Source: Auanema rhodensis (taxonomy: Eukaryota; Animalia; Nematoda). From it: a DNA stretch of 64,000 nucleotides. This document shows positions 27,701-41,300 of this stretch, piece after piece; within the stretch, counting starts at the first letter, position 1; each line of letters begins with the position of its first letter. The stretch lies in contig OZ059900.1 in the NCBI GenBank assembly GCA_964057225.1, positions 8,494,001-8,558,000 of the forward strand. The letters run 5' to 3'. Under the pieces are notes generated by a model. That model did not search any database, was not told the DNA's origin, and saw only the letters and a program-made list of their open reading frames with translations. A program made the translations under genes and the position numbers.

Positions 27701-29229
27701 AAAAAACCAATAATTCTTGATATTTTCGGTCCTTTTTGACCAAAGTGGTTAAAATTGAACATATATATGTAAAAATAGTCAAAGTTTATGAATCCTGAAT
27801 TTCCAATCCATATCTCAAAGGGTCTGATCAAAACATACAGTTTTCACATGTTTTGTACCCAAAATCGTTGAATATATGGCGTTTTGAGCATAAAAAGGCC
27901 CATATTTCAATCAGTTTTGATATTTGTGCAAAATAGACCTATATGAACATTCTATGACAGTATTTCATACATTTAGTCGTTTTAGAAGAAAAAAATATGC
28001 TTAAGATCAAAAGTTTGACTGATTTTGCCAAAATGCCCTTCAATCCCCAAAAAACCAATAATTCTTGATATTTTCGGTCCTTTTTGACCAAAGTGGTTAA
28101 AATTGGACATATATATGTAAAAATAGTCAAAGTTTATGAATCCTGAATTTCAAATCCATATCTCAAAGGGTCTGATCAAAACATACAGTTTTCACATGTT
28201 TTGTACCCAAAATCGTTGAATATATGGCGTTTTGAGCATAAAAAGGCCCATATTTCAATCAGTTTCGATATTCGTGCAAAATACACCTATATCAACATTT
28301 TATGACAGTATTTCATACATTTAGTCGTTTTAGAAGAAAAAAATATGCTTAAGATCAGAAGTTTGACTGATTTTGCCAAAATGCCCTTCAATCCCCAAAA
28401 AACCAATAATTCTTGATATTTTCGGTCCTTTTTGACCAAAGTGGTTAAAATTGGACATAAACATGTAAAAATAGTCAAAGTTTATGAATCCTGAATTTCA
28501 AATCCATATCTCAAAGGGTCTGATCAAAACATACAGTTTTCACATGTTTTGTACCCAAAATCGTTGAATATATGGCGTTTTGAGCATAAAAAGGCCCATA
28601 TTTCAATCAGTTTTGATATTTGTGCAAAATACACCTATATGAACATTCTATGACAGTATTTCATACATTTAGTCGTTTTAGAAGAAAAAAATATGCTTAA
28701 GATCAAAAGTTTGACTGATTTTGCCAAAATGCCCTTCAATCCCCAAAAAACCAATAATTCTTGATATTTTCGGTCCTTTTTGACCAAAGTGGTTAAAATT
28801 GGACATAAATATGTAAAAATAGTCAAAGTTTATGAATCCTGAATTTCAAATCCATATCTCAAAGGGTCTGATCAAAACATACAGTTTTCACATGTTTTGT
28901 ACCCAAAATCGTTGAATATATGGCGTTTTGAGCATAAAAAGGCCCATATTTCAATCAGTTTCGATATTCGTGCAAAATACACCTATATCAACATTCTATG
29001 ACAGTATTCCATACATTTAGTCGTTTTAGAAGAAAAAAATATGCTTAAGATCAAAAGTTTGACTGATTTTGCCAAAATGCCCTTCAATCCCCAAAAAACC
29101 AATAATTCTTGATATTTTCGGTCCTTTTGACCAAAGTGGTTAAAATTGAACATATATATGTAAAAATAGTCAAAGTTTATGAATCCTGAATTTCAAATCC
29201 ATATCTCAAAGGGTCTGATCAAAACATAC
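24707..29229. repeat. Local 5-monomer (1740-bp) higher-order repeat
   Basis: ATAAACATGT monomers start at 24707, 26447 and 28187. TTCCAATCC monomers start at 25751 and 27491. All spacings are 1740 bp. Confidence 0.85.
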
Positions 29230-32200
29230 AGTTTTCACATGTTTTGTACCCAAAATCGTTGAATATATGGCGTTTTGAGCATAAAAAGGCCCATATTTCA
29301 ATCAGTTTCGATATTCGTGCAAAATACACCTATATCAACATTCTATGACAGTATTCCATACATTTAGTCGTTTTAGAAGAAAAAAATATGCTTAAGATCA
29401 AAAGTTTGACTGATTTAGCCAAAATGTCCTTCAAACCCCAAAAAACCAATAATTCTTGATATTTTCGGTCCTTTTTGACCAAAGTGGTTAAAATTGAACA
29501 TATATATGTAAAAATAGTCAAAGTTTATGAATCCTGAATTTCAAATCCATATCTCAAAGGGTCTGATCAAAACATACAGTTTTCACATGTTTTGTACCCA
29601 AAATCGTTGAATATATGGCGTTTTGAGCATAAAAAGGCCCATATTTCAATCAGTTTTGATATTTGTGCAAAATACACCTATATGAACATTCTATGACAGT
29701 ATTTCATACATTTAGTCGTTTTAGAAGAAAAAAATATGCTTAAGATCAGAAGTTTGACTGATTTTGCCAAAATGCCCTTCAATCCCCAAAAAACCAATAA
29801 TTCTTGATATTTTCGGTCCTTTTTGACCAAAGTGGTTAAAATTGGACATAAATATGTAAAAATAGTCAAAGTTTATGAATCCTGAATTTCAAATCCATAT
29901 CTCAAAGGGTCTGATCAAAACATACAGTTTTCACATGTTTTGTACCCAAAATCGTTGAATATATGGCGTTTTGAGCATAAAAAGGCCCATATTTCAATCA
30001 GTTTGGATATTTGTGCAAAATACACCTATATGAACATTCTATGACAGTATTTCATACATTTAGTCGTTTTAGAAGAAAAAAATATGCTTAAGATCAAAAG
30101 TTTGACTGATTTTGCCAAAATGCCCTTCAATCCCCAAAAAACCAATAATTCTTGATATTTTCGGTCCTTTTTGACCAAAGTGGTTAAAATTGAACATATA
30201 TATGTAAAAATAGTCAAAGTTTATGAATCCTGAATTTCAAATCCATATCTCAAAGGGTCTGATCAAAACATACAGTTTTCACATGTTTTGTACCCAAAAT
30301 CGTTGAATATATGGCGTTTTGAGCATAAAAAGGCCCATATTTCAATCAGTTTTGATATTTGTGCAAAATACACCTATATGAACATTCTATGACAGTATTT
30401 CATACATTTAGTCGTTTTAGAAGAAAAAAATATGCTTAAGATCAGAAGTTTGACTGATTTTGCCAAAATGCCCTTCAATCCCCAAAAAACCAATAATTCT
30501 TGATATTTTCGGTCCTTTTTGACCAAAGTGGTTAAAATTGAACATATATATGTAAAAATAGTCAAAGTTTATGAATCCTGAATTTCAAATCCATATCTCA
30601 AAGGGTCTGATCAAAACATACAGTTTTCACATGTTTTGTACCCAAAATCGTTGAATATATGGCGTTTTGAGCATAAAAAGGCCCATATTTCAATCAGTTT
30701 TGATATTTGTGCAAAATAGACCTATATGAACATTCTATGACAGTATTTCATACATTTAGTCGTTTTAGAAGAAAAAAATATGCTTAAGATCAAAAGTTTG
30801 ACTGATTTTGCCAAAATGCCCTTCAATCCCCAAAAAACCAATAATTCTTGATATTTTCGGTCCTTTTTGACCAAAGTGGTTAAAATTGGACATATATATG
30901 TAAAAATAGTCAAAGTTTATGAATCCTGAATTTCAAATCCATATCTCAAAGGGTCTGATCAAAACATACAGTTTTCACATGTTTTGTACCCAAAATCGTT
31001 GAATATATGGCGTTTTGAGCATAAAAAGGCCCATATTTCAATCAGTTTCGATATTCGTGCAAAATACACCTATATCAACATTCTATGACAGTATTTCATA
31101 CATTTAGTCGTTTTAGAAGAAAAAAATATGCTTAAGATCAGAAGTTTGACTGATTTTGCCAAAATGCCCTTCAATCCCCAAAAAACCAATAATTCTTGAT
31201 ATTTTCGGTCCTTTTTGACCAAAGTGGTTAAAATTGAACATATATATGTAAAAATAGTCAAAGTTTATGAATCCTGAATTTCAAATCCATATCTCAAAGG
31301 GTCTGATCAAAACATACAGTTTTCACATGTTTTGTACCCAAAATCGTTGAATATATGGCGTTTTGAGCATAAAAAGGCCCATATTTCAATCAGTTTTGAT
31401 ATTTGTGCAAAATAGACCTATATGAACATTCTATGACAGTATTTCATACATTTAGTCGTTTTAGAAGAAAAAAATATGCTTAAGATCAAAAGTTTGACTG
31501 ATTTTGCCAAAATGCCCTTCAATCCCCAAAAAACCAATAATTCTTGATATTTTCGGTCCTTTTTGACCAAAGTGGTTAAAATTGGACATATATATGTAAA
31601 AATAGTCAAAGTTTATGAATCCTGAATTTCAAATCCATATCTCAAAGGGTCTGATCAAAACATACAGTTTTCACATGTTTTGTACCCAAAATCGTTGAAT
31701 ATATGGCGTTTTGAGCATAAAAAGGCCCATATTTCAATCAGTTTCGATATTCGTGCAAAATACACCTATATCAACATTCTATGACAGTATTCCATACATT
31801 TAGTCGTTTTAGAAGAAAAAAATATGCTTAAGATCAAAAGTTTGACTGATTTAGCCAAAATGTCCTTCAAACCCCAAAAAACCAATAATTCTTGATATTT
31901 TCGGTCCTTTTTGACCAAAGTGGTTAAAATTGAACATATATATGTAAAAATAGTCAAAGTTTATGAATCCTGAATTTCAAATCCATATCTCAAAGGGTCT
32001 GATCAAAACATACAGTTTTCACATGTTTTGTACCCAAAATCGTTGAATATATGGCGTTTTGAGCATAAAAAGGCCCATATTTCAATCAGTTTTGATATTT
32101 GTGCAAAATACACCTATATGAACATTCTATGACAGTATTTCATACATTTAGTCGTTTTAGAAGAAAAAAATATGCTTAAGATCAGAAGTTTGACTGATTT

Positions 32201-35200
32201 TGCCAAAATGCCCTTCAATCCCCAAAAAACCAATAATTCTTGATATTTTCGGTCCTTTTTGACCAAAGTGGTTAAAATTGGACATAAATATGTAAAAATA
32301 GTCAAAGTTTATGAATCCTGAATTTCAAATCCATATCTCAAAGGGTCTGATCAAAACATACAGTTTTCACATGTTTTGTACCCAAAATCGTTGAATATAT
32401 GGCGTTTTGAGCATAAAAAGGCCCATATTTCAATCAGTTTGGATATTTGTGCAAAATACACCTATATGAACATTCTATGACAGTATTTCATACATTTAGT
32501 CGTTTTAGAAGAAAAAAATATGCTTAAGATCAAAAGTTTGACTGATTTTGCCAAAATGCCCTTCAATCCCCAAAAAACCAATAATTCTTGATATTTTCGG
32601 TCCTTTTTGACCAAAGTGGTTAAAATTGAACATATATATGTAAAAATAGTCAAAGTTTATGAATCCTGAATTTCAAATCCATATCTCAAAGGGTCTGATC
32701 AAAACATACAGTTTTCACATGTTTTGTACCCAAAATCGTTGAATATATGGCGTTTTGAGCATAAAAAGGCCCATATTTCAATCAGTTTTGATATTTGTGC
32801 AAAATACACCTATATGAACATTCTATGACAGTATTTCATACATTTAGTCGTTTTAGAAGAAAAAAATATGCTTAAGATCAGAAGTTTGACTGATTTTGCC
32901 AAAATGCCCTTCAATCCCCAAAAAACCAATAATTCTTGATATTTTCGGTCCTTTTTGACCAAAGTGGTTAAAATTGGACATAAACATGTAAAAATAGTCA
33001 AAGTTTATGAATCCTGAATTTCAAATCCATATCTCAAAGGGTCTGATCAAAACATACAGTTTTCACATGTTTTGTACCCAAAATCGTTGAATATATGGCG
33101 TTTTGAGCATAAAAAGGCCCATATTTCAATCAGTTTTGATATTTGTGCAAAATACACCTATATGAACATTCTATGACAGTATTTCATACATTTAGTCGTT
33201 TTAGAAGAAAAAAATATGCTTAAGATCAAAAGTTTGACTGATTTTGCCAAAATGCCCTTCAATCCCCAAAAAACCAATAATTCTTGATATTTTCGGTCCT
33301 TTTTGACCAAAGTGGTTAAAATTGAACATATATATGTAAAAATAGTCAAAGTTTATGAATCCTGAATTTCAAATCCATATCTCAAAGGGTCTGATCAAAA
33401 CATACAGTTTTCACATGTTTTGTACCCAAAATCGTTGAATATATGGCGTTTTGAGCATAAAAAGGCCCATATTTCAATCAGTTTCGATATTCGTGCAAAA
33501 TACACCTATATCAACATTCTATGACAGTATTCCATACATTTAGTCGTTTTAGAAGAAAAAAATATGCTTAAGATCAAAAGTTTGACTGATTTAGCCAAAA
33601 TGTCCTTCAAACCCCAAAAAACCAATAATTCTTGATATTTTCGGTCCTTTTTGACCAAAGTGGTTAAAATTGAACATATATATGTAAAAATAGTCAAAGT
33701 TTATGAATCCTGAATTTCAAATCCATATCTCAAAGGGTCTGATCAAAACATACAGTTTTCACATGTTTTGTACCCAAAATCGTTGAATATATGGCGTTTT
33801 GAGCATAAAAAGGCCCATATTTCAATCAGTTTTGATATTTGTGCAAAATACACCTATATGAACATTCTATGACAGTATTTCATACATTTAGTCGTTTTAG
33901 AAGAAAAAAATATGCTTAAGATCAGAAGTTTGACTGATTTTGCCAAAATGCCCTTCAATCCCCAAAAAACCAATAATTCTTGATATTTTCGGTCCTTCTT
34001 GACCAAAGTGGTTAAAATTGGACATAAATATGTAAAAATAGTCAAAGTTTATGAATCCTGAATTTCAAATCCATATCTCAAAGGGTCTGATCAAAACATA
34101 CAGTTTTCACATGTTTTGTACCCAAAATCGTTGAATATATGGCGTTTTGAGCATAAAAAAGCCCATATTTCAATCAGTTTGGATATTTGTGCAAAATACA
34201 CCTATATGAACATTCTATGACAGTATTTCATACATTTAGTCGTTTTAGAAGAAAAAAATATGCTTAAGATCAAAAGTTTGACTGATTTTGCCAAAATGCC
34301 CTTCAATCCCCAAAAAACCAATAATTCTTGATATTTTCGGTCCTTTTTGACCAAAGTGGTTAAAATTGAACATATATATGTAAAAATAGTCAAAGTTTAT
34401 GAATCCTGAATTTCAAATCCATATCTCAAAGGGTCTGATCAAAACATACAGTTTTCACATGTTTTGTACCCAAAATCGTTGAATATATGGCGTTTTGAGC
34501 ATAAAAAGGCCCATATTTCAATCAGTTTTGATATTTGTGCAAAATACACCTATATGAACATTCTATGACAGTATTTCATACATTTAGTCGTTTTAGAAGA
34601 AAAAAATATGCTTAAGATCAGAAGTTTGACTGATTTTGCCAAAATGCCCTTCAATCCCCAAAAAACCAATAATTCTTGATATTTTCGGTCCTTTTTGACC
34701 AAAGTGGTTAAAATTGAACATATATATGTAAAAATAGTCAAAGTTTATGAATCCTGAATTTCAAATCCATATCTCAAAGGGTCTGATCAAAACATACAGT
34801 TTTCACATGTTTTGTACCCAAAATCGTTGAATATATGGCGTTTTGAGCATAAAAAGGCCCATATTTCAATCAGTTTTGATATTTGTGCAAAATAGACCTA
34901 TATGAACATTCTATGACAGTATTTCATACATTTAGTCGTTTTAGAAGAAAAAAATATGCTTAAGATCAAAAGTTTGACTGATTTTGCCAAAATGCCCTTC
35001 AATCCCCAAAAAACCAATAATTCTTGATATTTTCGGTCCTTTTTGACCAAAGTGGTTAAAATTGGACATATATATGTAAAAATAGTCAAAGTTTATGAAT
35101 CCTGAATTTCAAATCCATATCTCAAAGGGTCTGATCAAAACATACAGTTTTCACATGTTTTGTACCCAAAATCGTTGAATATATGGCGTTTTGAGCATAA

Positions 35201-36885
35201 AAAGGCCCATATTTCAATCAGTTTCGATATTCGTGCAAAATACACCTATATCAACATTCTATGACAGTATTTCATACATTTAGTCGTTTTAGAAGAAAAA
35301 AATATGCTTAAGATCAGAAGTTTGACTGATTTTGCCAAAATGCCCTTCAATCCCCAAAAAACCAATAATTCTTGATATTTTCGGTCCTTTTTGACCAAAG
35401 TGGTTAAAATTGAACATATATATGTAAAAATAGTCAAAGTTTATGAATCCTGAATTTCAAATCCATATCTCAAAGGGTCTGATCAAAACATACAGTTTTC
35501 ACATGTTTTGTACCCAAAATCGTTGAATATATGGCGTTTTGAGCATAAAAAGGCCCATATTTCAATCAGTTTTGATATTTGTGCAAAATAGACCTATATG
35601 AACATTCTATGACAGTATTTCATACATTTAGTCGTTTTAGAAGAAAAAAATATGCTTAAGATCAAAAGTTTGACTGATTTTGCCAAAATGCCCTTCAATC
35701 CCCAAAAAACCAATAATTCTTGATATTTTCGGTCCTTTTTGACCAAAGTGGTTAAAATTGGACATATATATGTAAAAATAGTCAAAGTTTATGAATCCTG
35801 AATTTCAAATCCATATCTCAAAGGGTCTGATCAAAACATACAGTTTTCACATGTTTTGTACCCAAAATCGTTGAATATATGGCGTTTTGAGCATAAAAAG
35901 GCCCATATTTCAATCAGTTTCGATATTCGTGCAAAATACACCTATATCAACATTCTATGACAGTATTCCATACATTTAGTCGTTTTAGAAGAAAAAAATA
36001 TGCTTAAGATCAAAAGTTTGACTGATTTAGCCAAAATGTCCTTCAAACCCCAAAAAACCAATAATTCTTGATATTTTCGGTCCTTTTTGACCAAAGTGGT
36101 TAAAATTGAACATATATATGTAAAAATAGTCAAAGTTTATGAATCCTGAATTTCAAATCCATATCTCAAAGGGTCTGATCAAAACATACAGTTTTCACAT
36201 GTTTTGTACCCAAAATCGTTGAATATATGGCGTTTTGAGCATAAAAAGGCCCATATTTCAATCAGTTTTGATATTTGTGCAAAATACACCTATATGAACA
36301 TTCTATGACAGTATTTCATACATTTAGTCGTTTTAGAAGAAAAAAATATGCTTAAGATCAGAAGTTTGACTGATTTTGCCAAAATGCCCTTCAATCCCCA
36401 AAAAACCAATAATTCTTGATATTTTCGGTCCTTTTTGACCAAAGTGGTTAAAATTGGACATAAATATGTAAAAATAGTCAAAGTTTATGAATCCTGAATT
36501 TCAAATCCATATCTCAAAGGGTCTGATCAAAACATACAGTTTTCACATGTTTTGTACCCAAAATCGTTGAATATATGGCGTTTTGAGCATAAAAAGGCCC
36601 ATATTTCAATCAGTTTGGATATTTGTGCAAAATACACCTATATGAACATTCTATGACAGTATTTCATACATTTAGTCGTTTTAGAAGAAAAAAATATGCT
36701 TAAGATCAAAAGTTTGACTGATTTTGCCAAAATGCCCTTCAATCCCCAAAAAACCAATAATTCTTGATATTTTCGGTCCTTTTTGACCAAAGTGGTTAAA
36801 ATTGAACATATATATGTAAAAATAGTCAAAGTTTATGAATCCTGAATTTCAAATCCATATCTCAAAGGGTCTGATCAAAACATAC
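29230..36885. repeat. 10-monomer block duplicated at 12-monomer offset (4176 bp), with an internal 7-monomer recurrence
   Basis: M85-M94 (from 29230) match M97-M106 (from 33406) type for type in the ORF track. The triplet opening each block recurs at 29230, 31666, 33406 and 35842. Confidence 0.82.
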
Positions 36886-37870
36886 AGTTTTCACATGTTT
36901 TGTACCCAAAATCGTTGAATATATGGCGTTTTGAGCATAAAAAGGCCCATATTTCAATCAGTTTTGATATTTGTGCAAAATACACCTATATGAACATTCT
37001 ATGACAGTATTTCATACATTTAGTCGTTTTAGAAGAAAAAAATATGCTTAAGATCAAAAGTTTGACTGATTTTGCCAAAATGCCCTTCAATCCCCAAAAA
37101 ACCAATAATTCTTGATATTTTCGGTCCTTTTTGACCAAAGTGGTTAAAATTGGACATATATATGTAAAAATAGTCAAAGTTTATGAATCCTGAATTTCAA
37201 ATCCATATCTCAAAGGGTCTGATCAAAACATACAGTTTTCACATGTTTTGTACCCAAAATCGTTGAATATATGGCGTTTTGAGCATAAAAAGGCCCATAT
37301 TTCAATCAGTTTCGATATTCGTGCAAAATACACCTATATCAACATTCTATGACAGTATTTCATACATTTAGTCGTTTTAGAAGAAAAAAATATGCTTAAG
37401 ATCAGAAGTTTGACTGATTTTGCCAAAATGCCCTTCAATCCCCAAAAAACCAATAATTCTTGATATTTTCGGTCCTTTTTGACCAAAGTGGTTAAAATTG
37501 GACATAAACATGTAAAAATAGTCAAAGTTTATGAATCCTGAATTTCAAATCCATATCTCAAAGGGTCTGATCAAAACATACAGTTTTCACATGTTTTGTA
37601 CCCAAAATCGTTGAATATATGGCGTTTTGAGCATAAAAAGGCCCATATTTCAATCAGTTTTGATATTTGTGCAAAATACACCTATATGAACATTCTATGA
37701 CAGTATTTCATACATTTAGTCGTTTTAGAAGAAAAAAATATGCTTAAGATCAAAAGTTTGACTGATTTTGCCAAAATGCCCTTCAATCCCCAAAAAACCA
37801 ATAATTCTTGATATTTTCGGTCCTTTTTGACCAAAGTGGTTAAAATTGAACATATATATGTAAAAATAGT

Positions 37871-37938
37871 CAAAGTTTATGAATCCTGAATTTCAAATCC
37901 ATATCAAAGTTTATGAATCCTGAATTTCAAATCCATAT
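37871..37938. repeat. Perfect 34-bp internal tandem duplication, giving a 382-bp monomer (M109)
   Basis: CAAAGTTTATGAATCCTGAATTTCAAATCCATAT occurs at 37871-37904 and 37905-37938. The downstream register shifts by +34. Confidence 0.97.
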
Positions 37939-38311
37939 CTCAAAGGGTCTGATCAAAACATACAGTTTTCACATGTTTTGTACCCAAAATCGTTGAATAT
38001 ATGGCGTTTTGAGCATAAAAAGGCCCATATTTCAATCAGTTTTGATATTTGTGCAAAATACACCTATATGAACATTCTATGACAGTATTTCATACATTTA
38101 GTCGTTTTAGAAGAAAAAAATATGCTTAAGATCAAAAGTTTGACTGATTTTGCCAAAATGCCCTTCAATCCCCAAAAAACCAATAATTCTTGATATTTTC
38201 GGTCCTTTTTGACCAAAGTGGTTAAAATTGGACATATATATGTAAAAATAGTCAAAGTTTATGAATCCTGAATTTCAAATCCATATCTCAAAGGGTCTGA
38301 TCAAAACATAC

Positions 38312-41300
38312 AGTTTTCACATGTTTTGTACCCAAAATCGTTGAATATATGGCGTTTTGAGCATAAAAAGGCCCATATTTCAATCAGTTTCGATTTTCGT
38401 GCAAAATACACCTATATCAACATTCTATGACAGTATTCCATACATTTAGTCGTTTTAGAAGAAAAAAATATGCTTAAGATCAAAAGTTTGACTGATTTAG
38501 CCAAAATGTCCTTCAAACCCCAAAAAACCAATAATTCTTGATATTTTCGGTCCTTTTTGACCAAAGTGGTTAAAATTGAACATATATATGTAAAAATAGT
38601 CAAAGTTTATGAATCCTGAATTTCAAATCCATATCTCAAAGGGTCTGATCAAAACATACAGTTTTCACATGTTTTGTACCCAAAATCGTTGAATATATGG
38701 CGTTTTGAGCATAAAAAGGCCCATATTTCAATCAGTTTTGATATTTGTGCAAAATACACCTATATGAACATTCTATGACAGTATTTCATACATTTAGTCG
38801 TTTTAGAAGAAAAAAATATGCTTAAGATCAGAAGTTTGACTGATTTTGCCAAAATGCCCTTCAATCCCCAAAAAACCAATAATTCTTGATATTTTCGGTC
38901 CTTTTTGACCAAAGTGGTTAAAATTGGACATAAATATGTAAAAATAGTCAAAGTTTATGAATCCTGAATTTCAAATCCATATCTCAAAGGGTCTGATCAA
39001 AACATACAGTTTTCACATGTTTTGTACCCAAAATCGTTGAATATATGGCGTTTTGAGCATAAAAAGGCCCATATTTCAATCAGTTTGGATATTTGTGCAA
39101 AATACACCTATATGAACATTCTATGACAGTATTTCATACATTTAGTCGTTTTAGAAGAAAAAAATATGCTTAAGATCAAAAGTTTGACTGATTTTGCCAA
39201 AATGCCCTTCAATCCCCAAAAAACCAATAATTCTTGATATTTTCGGTCCTTTTTGACCAAAGTGGTTGAAATTGGACATAAATATGTAAAAATAGTCAAA
39301 GTTTATGAATCCTGAATTTCAAATCCATATCTCAAAGGGTCTGATCAAAACATACAGTTTTCACATGTTTTGTACCCAAAATCGTTGAATATATGGCGTT
39401 TTGAGCATAAAAAGGCCCATATTTCAATCAGTTTTGATATTCGTGCAAAATACACCTATATGAACATTCTTTGACAGTATTTCATACATTTAGTCGTTTT
39501 AGAAGAAAAAAATATGCTTAAGATCAAAAGTTTGACTGATTTTGCCAAAATGCCCTTCAATCCCCAAAAAACCAATAATTCTTGATATTTTCGGTCCTTT
39601 TTGACCAAAGTGGTTAAAATTGGACATATATATGTAAAAATAGTCAAAGTTTATGAATCCTGAATTTCAAATCCATATCTCAAAGGGTCTGATCAAAACA
39701 TACAGTTTTCACATGTTTTGTACCCAAAATCGTTGAATATATGGCGCTTTGAGCATAAAAAGGCCCATATTTCACTCAGTTTGGATATTTGTGCAAAATA
39801 CACCTATATGAACATTCTATGACAGTCTTCCATACATTTAGTCGTTTTAGAAGAAAAAAATATGCTTATGATCAAAAGTTTGACTGATTTTGCCAAAATG
39901 CCCTTCAATCCCCAAAAAACCAATAATTCTTGATATTTTCGGTCCTTTTTGACCAAAGTGGTTAAAATTGGACATATATATGTAAAAATAGTCAAAGTTT
40001 ATGAATCCTGAATTTCAAATCCATATCTCAAAGGGTCTGATCAAAACATACAGTTTTCACATGTTTTGTACCCAAAATCGTTGAATATATGGCGTTTTGA
40101 GCATAAAAAGGCCCATATTTCAATCAGTTTCGATATTCGTGCAAAATACACCTATATCAACATTCTATGACAGTATTCCATACATTTAGTCGTTTTAGAA
40201 GAAAAAAATATGCTTAAGATCAAAAGTTTGACTGATTTAGCCAAAATGTCCTTCAAACCCCAAAAAACCAATAATTCTTGATATTTTCGGTCCTTTTTGA
40301 CCAAAGTGGTTAAAATTGAACATATATATGTAAAAATAGTCAAAGTTTATGAATCCTGAATTTCAAATCCATATCTCAAAGGGTCTGATCAAAACATACA
40401 GTTTTCACATGTTTTGTACCCAAAATCGTTGAATATATGGCGTTTTGAGCATAAAAAGGCCCATATTTCAATCAGTTTTGATATTTGCGCAAAATACACC
40501 TATATGAACATTCTATGACAGTATTTCATACATTTAGTCGTTTTAGAAGAAAAAAATATGCTTAAGATCAGAAGTTTGACTGATTTTGCCAAAATGCCCT
40601 TCAATCCCCAAAAAACCAATAATTCTTGATATTTTCGGTCCTTTTTGACCAAAGTGGTTAAAATTGGACATAAATATGTAAAAATAGTCAAAGTTTATGA
40701 ATCCTGAATTTCAAATCCATATCTCAAAGGGTCTGATCAAAACATACAGTTTTCACATGTTTTGTACCCAAAATCGTTGAATATATGGCGTTTTGAGCAT
40801 AAAAAGGCCCATATTTCAATCAGTTTGGATATTTGTGCAAAATACACCTATATGAACATTCTATGACAGTATTTCATACATTTAGTCGTTTTAGAAGAAA
40901 AAAATATGCTTAAGATCAAAAGTTTGACTGATTTTGCCAAAATGCCCGTCAATCCCCAAAAAACCAATAATTCTTGATATTTTCGGTCCTTTTTGACCAA
41001 AGTGGTTGAAATTGGACATAAATATGTAAAAATAGTCAAAGTTTATGAATCCTGAATTTCAAATCCATATCTCAAAGGGTCTGATCAAAACATACAGTTT
41101 TCACATGTTTTGTACCCAAAATCGTTGAATATATGGCGTTTTGAGCATAAAAAGGCCCATATTTCAATCAGTTTTGATATTCGTGCAAAATACACCTATA
41201 TGAACATTCTTTGACAGTATTTCATACATTTAGTCGTTTTAGAAGAAAAAAATATGCTTAAGATCAAAAGTTTGACTGATTTTGCCGAAATGCCCTTCAA

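Noticed and set aside
29121-29130. 1-bp deletion in the T run of M84 (347-bp monomer)
   Set aside because: It is a singleton homopolymer shortening and cannot be distinguished from a sequencing or consensus error, unlike the duplicated deletion in M156/M172.
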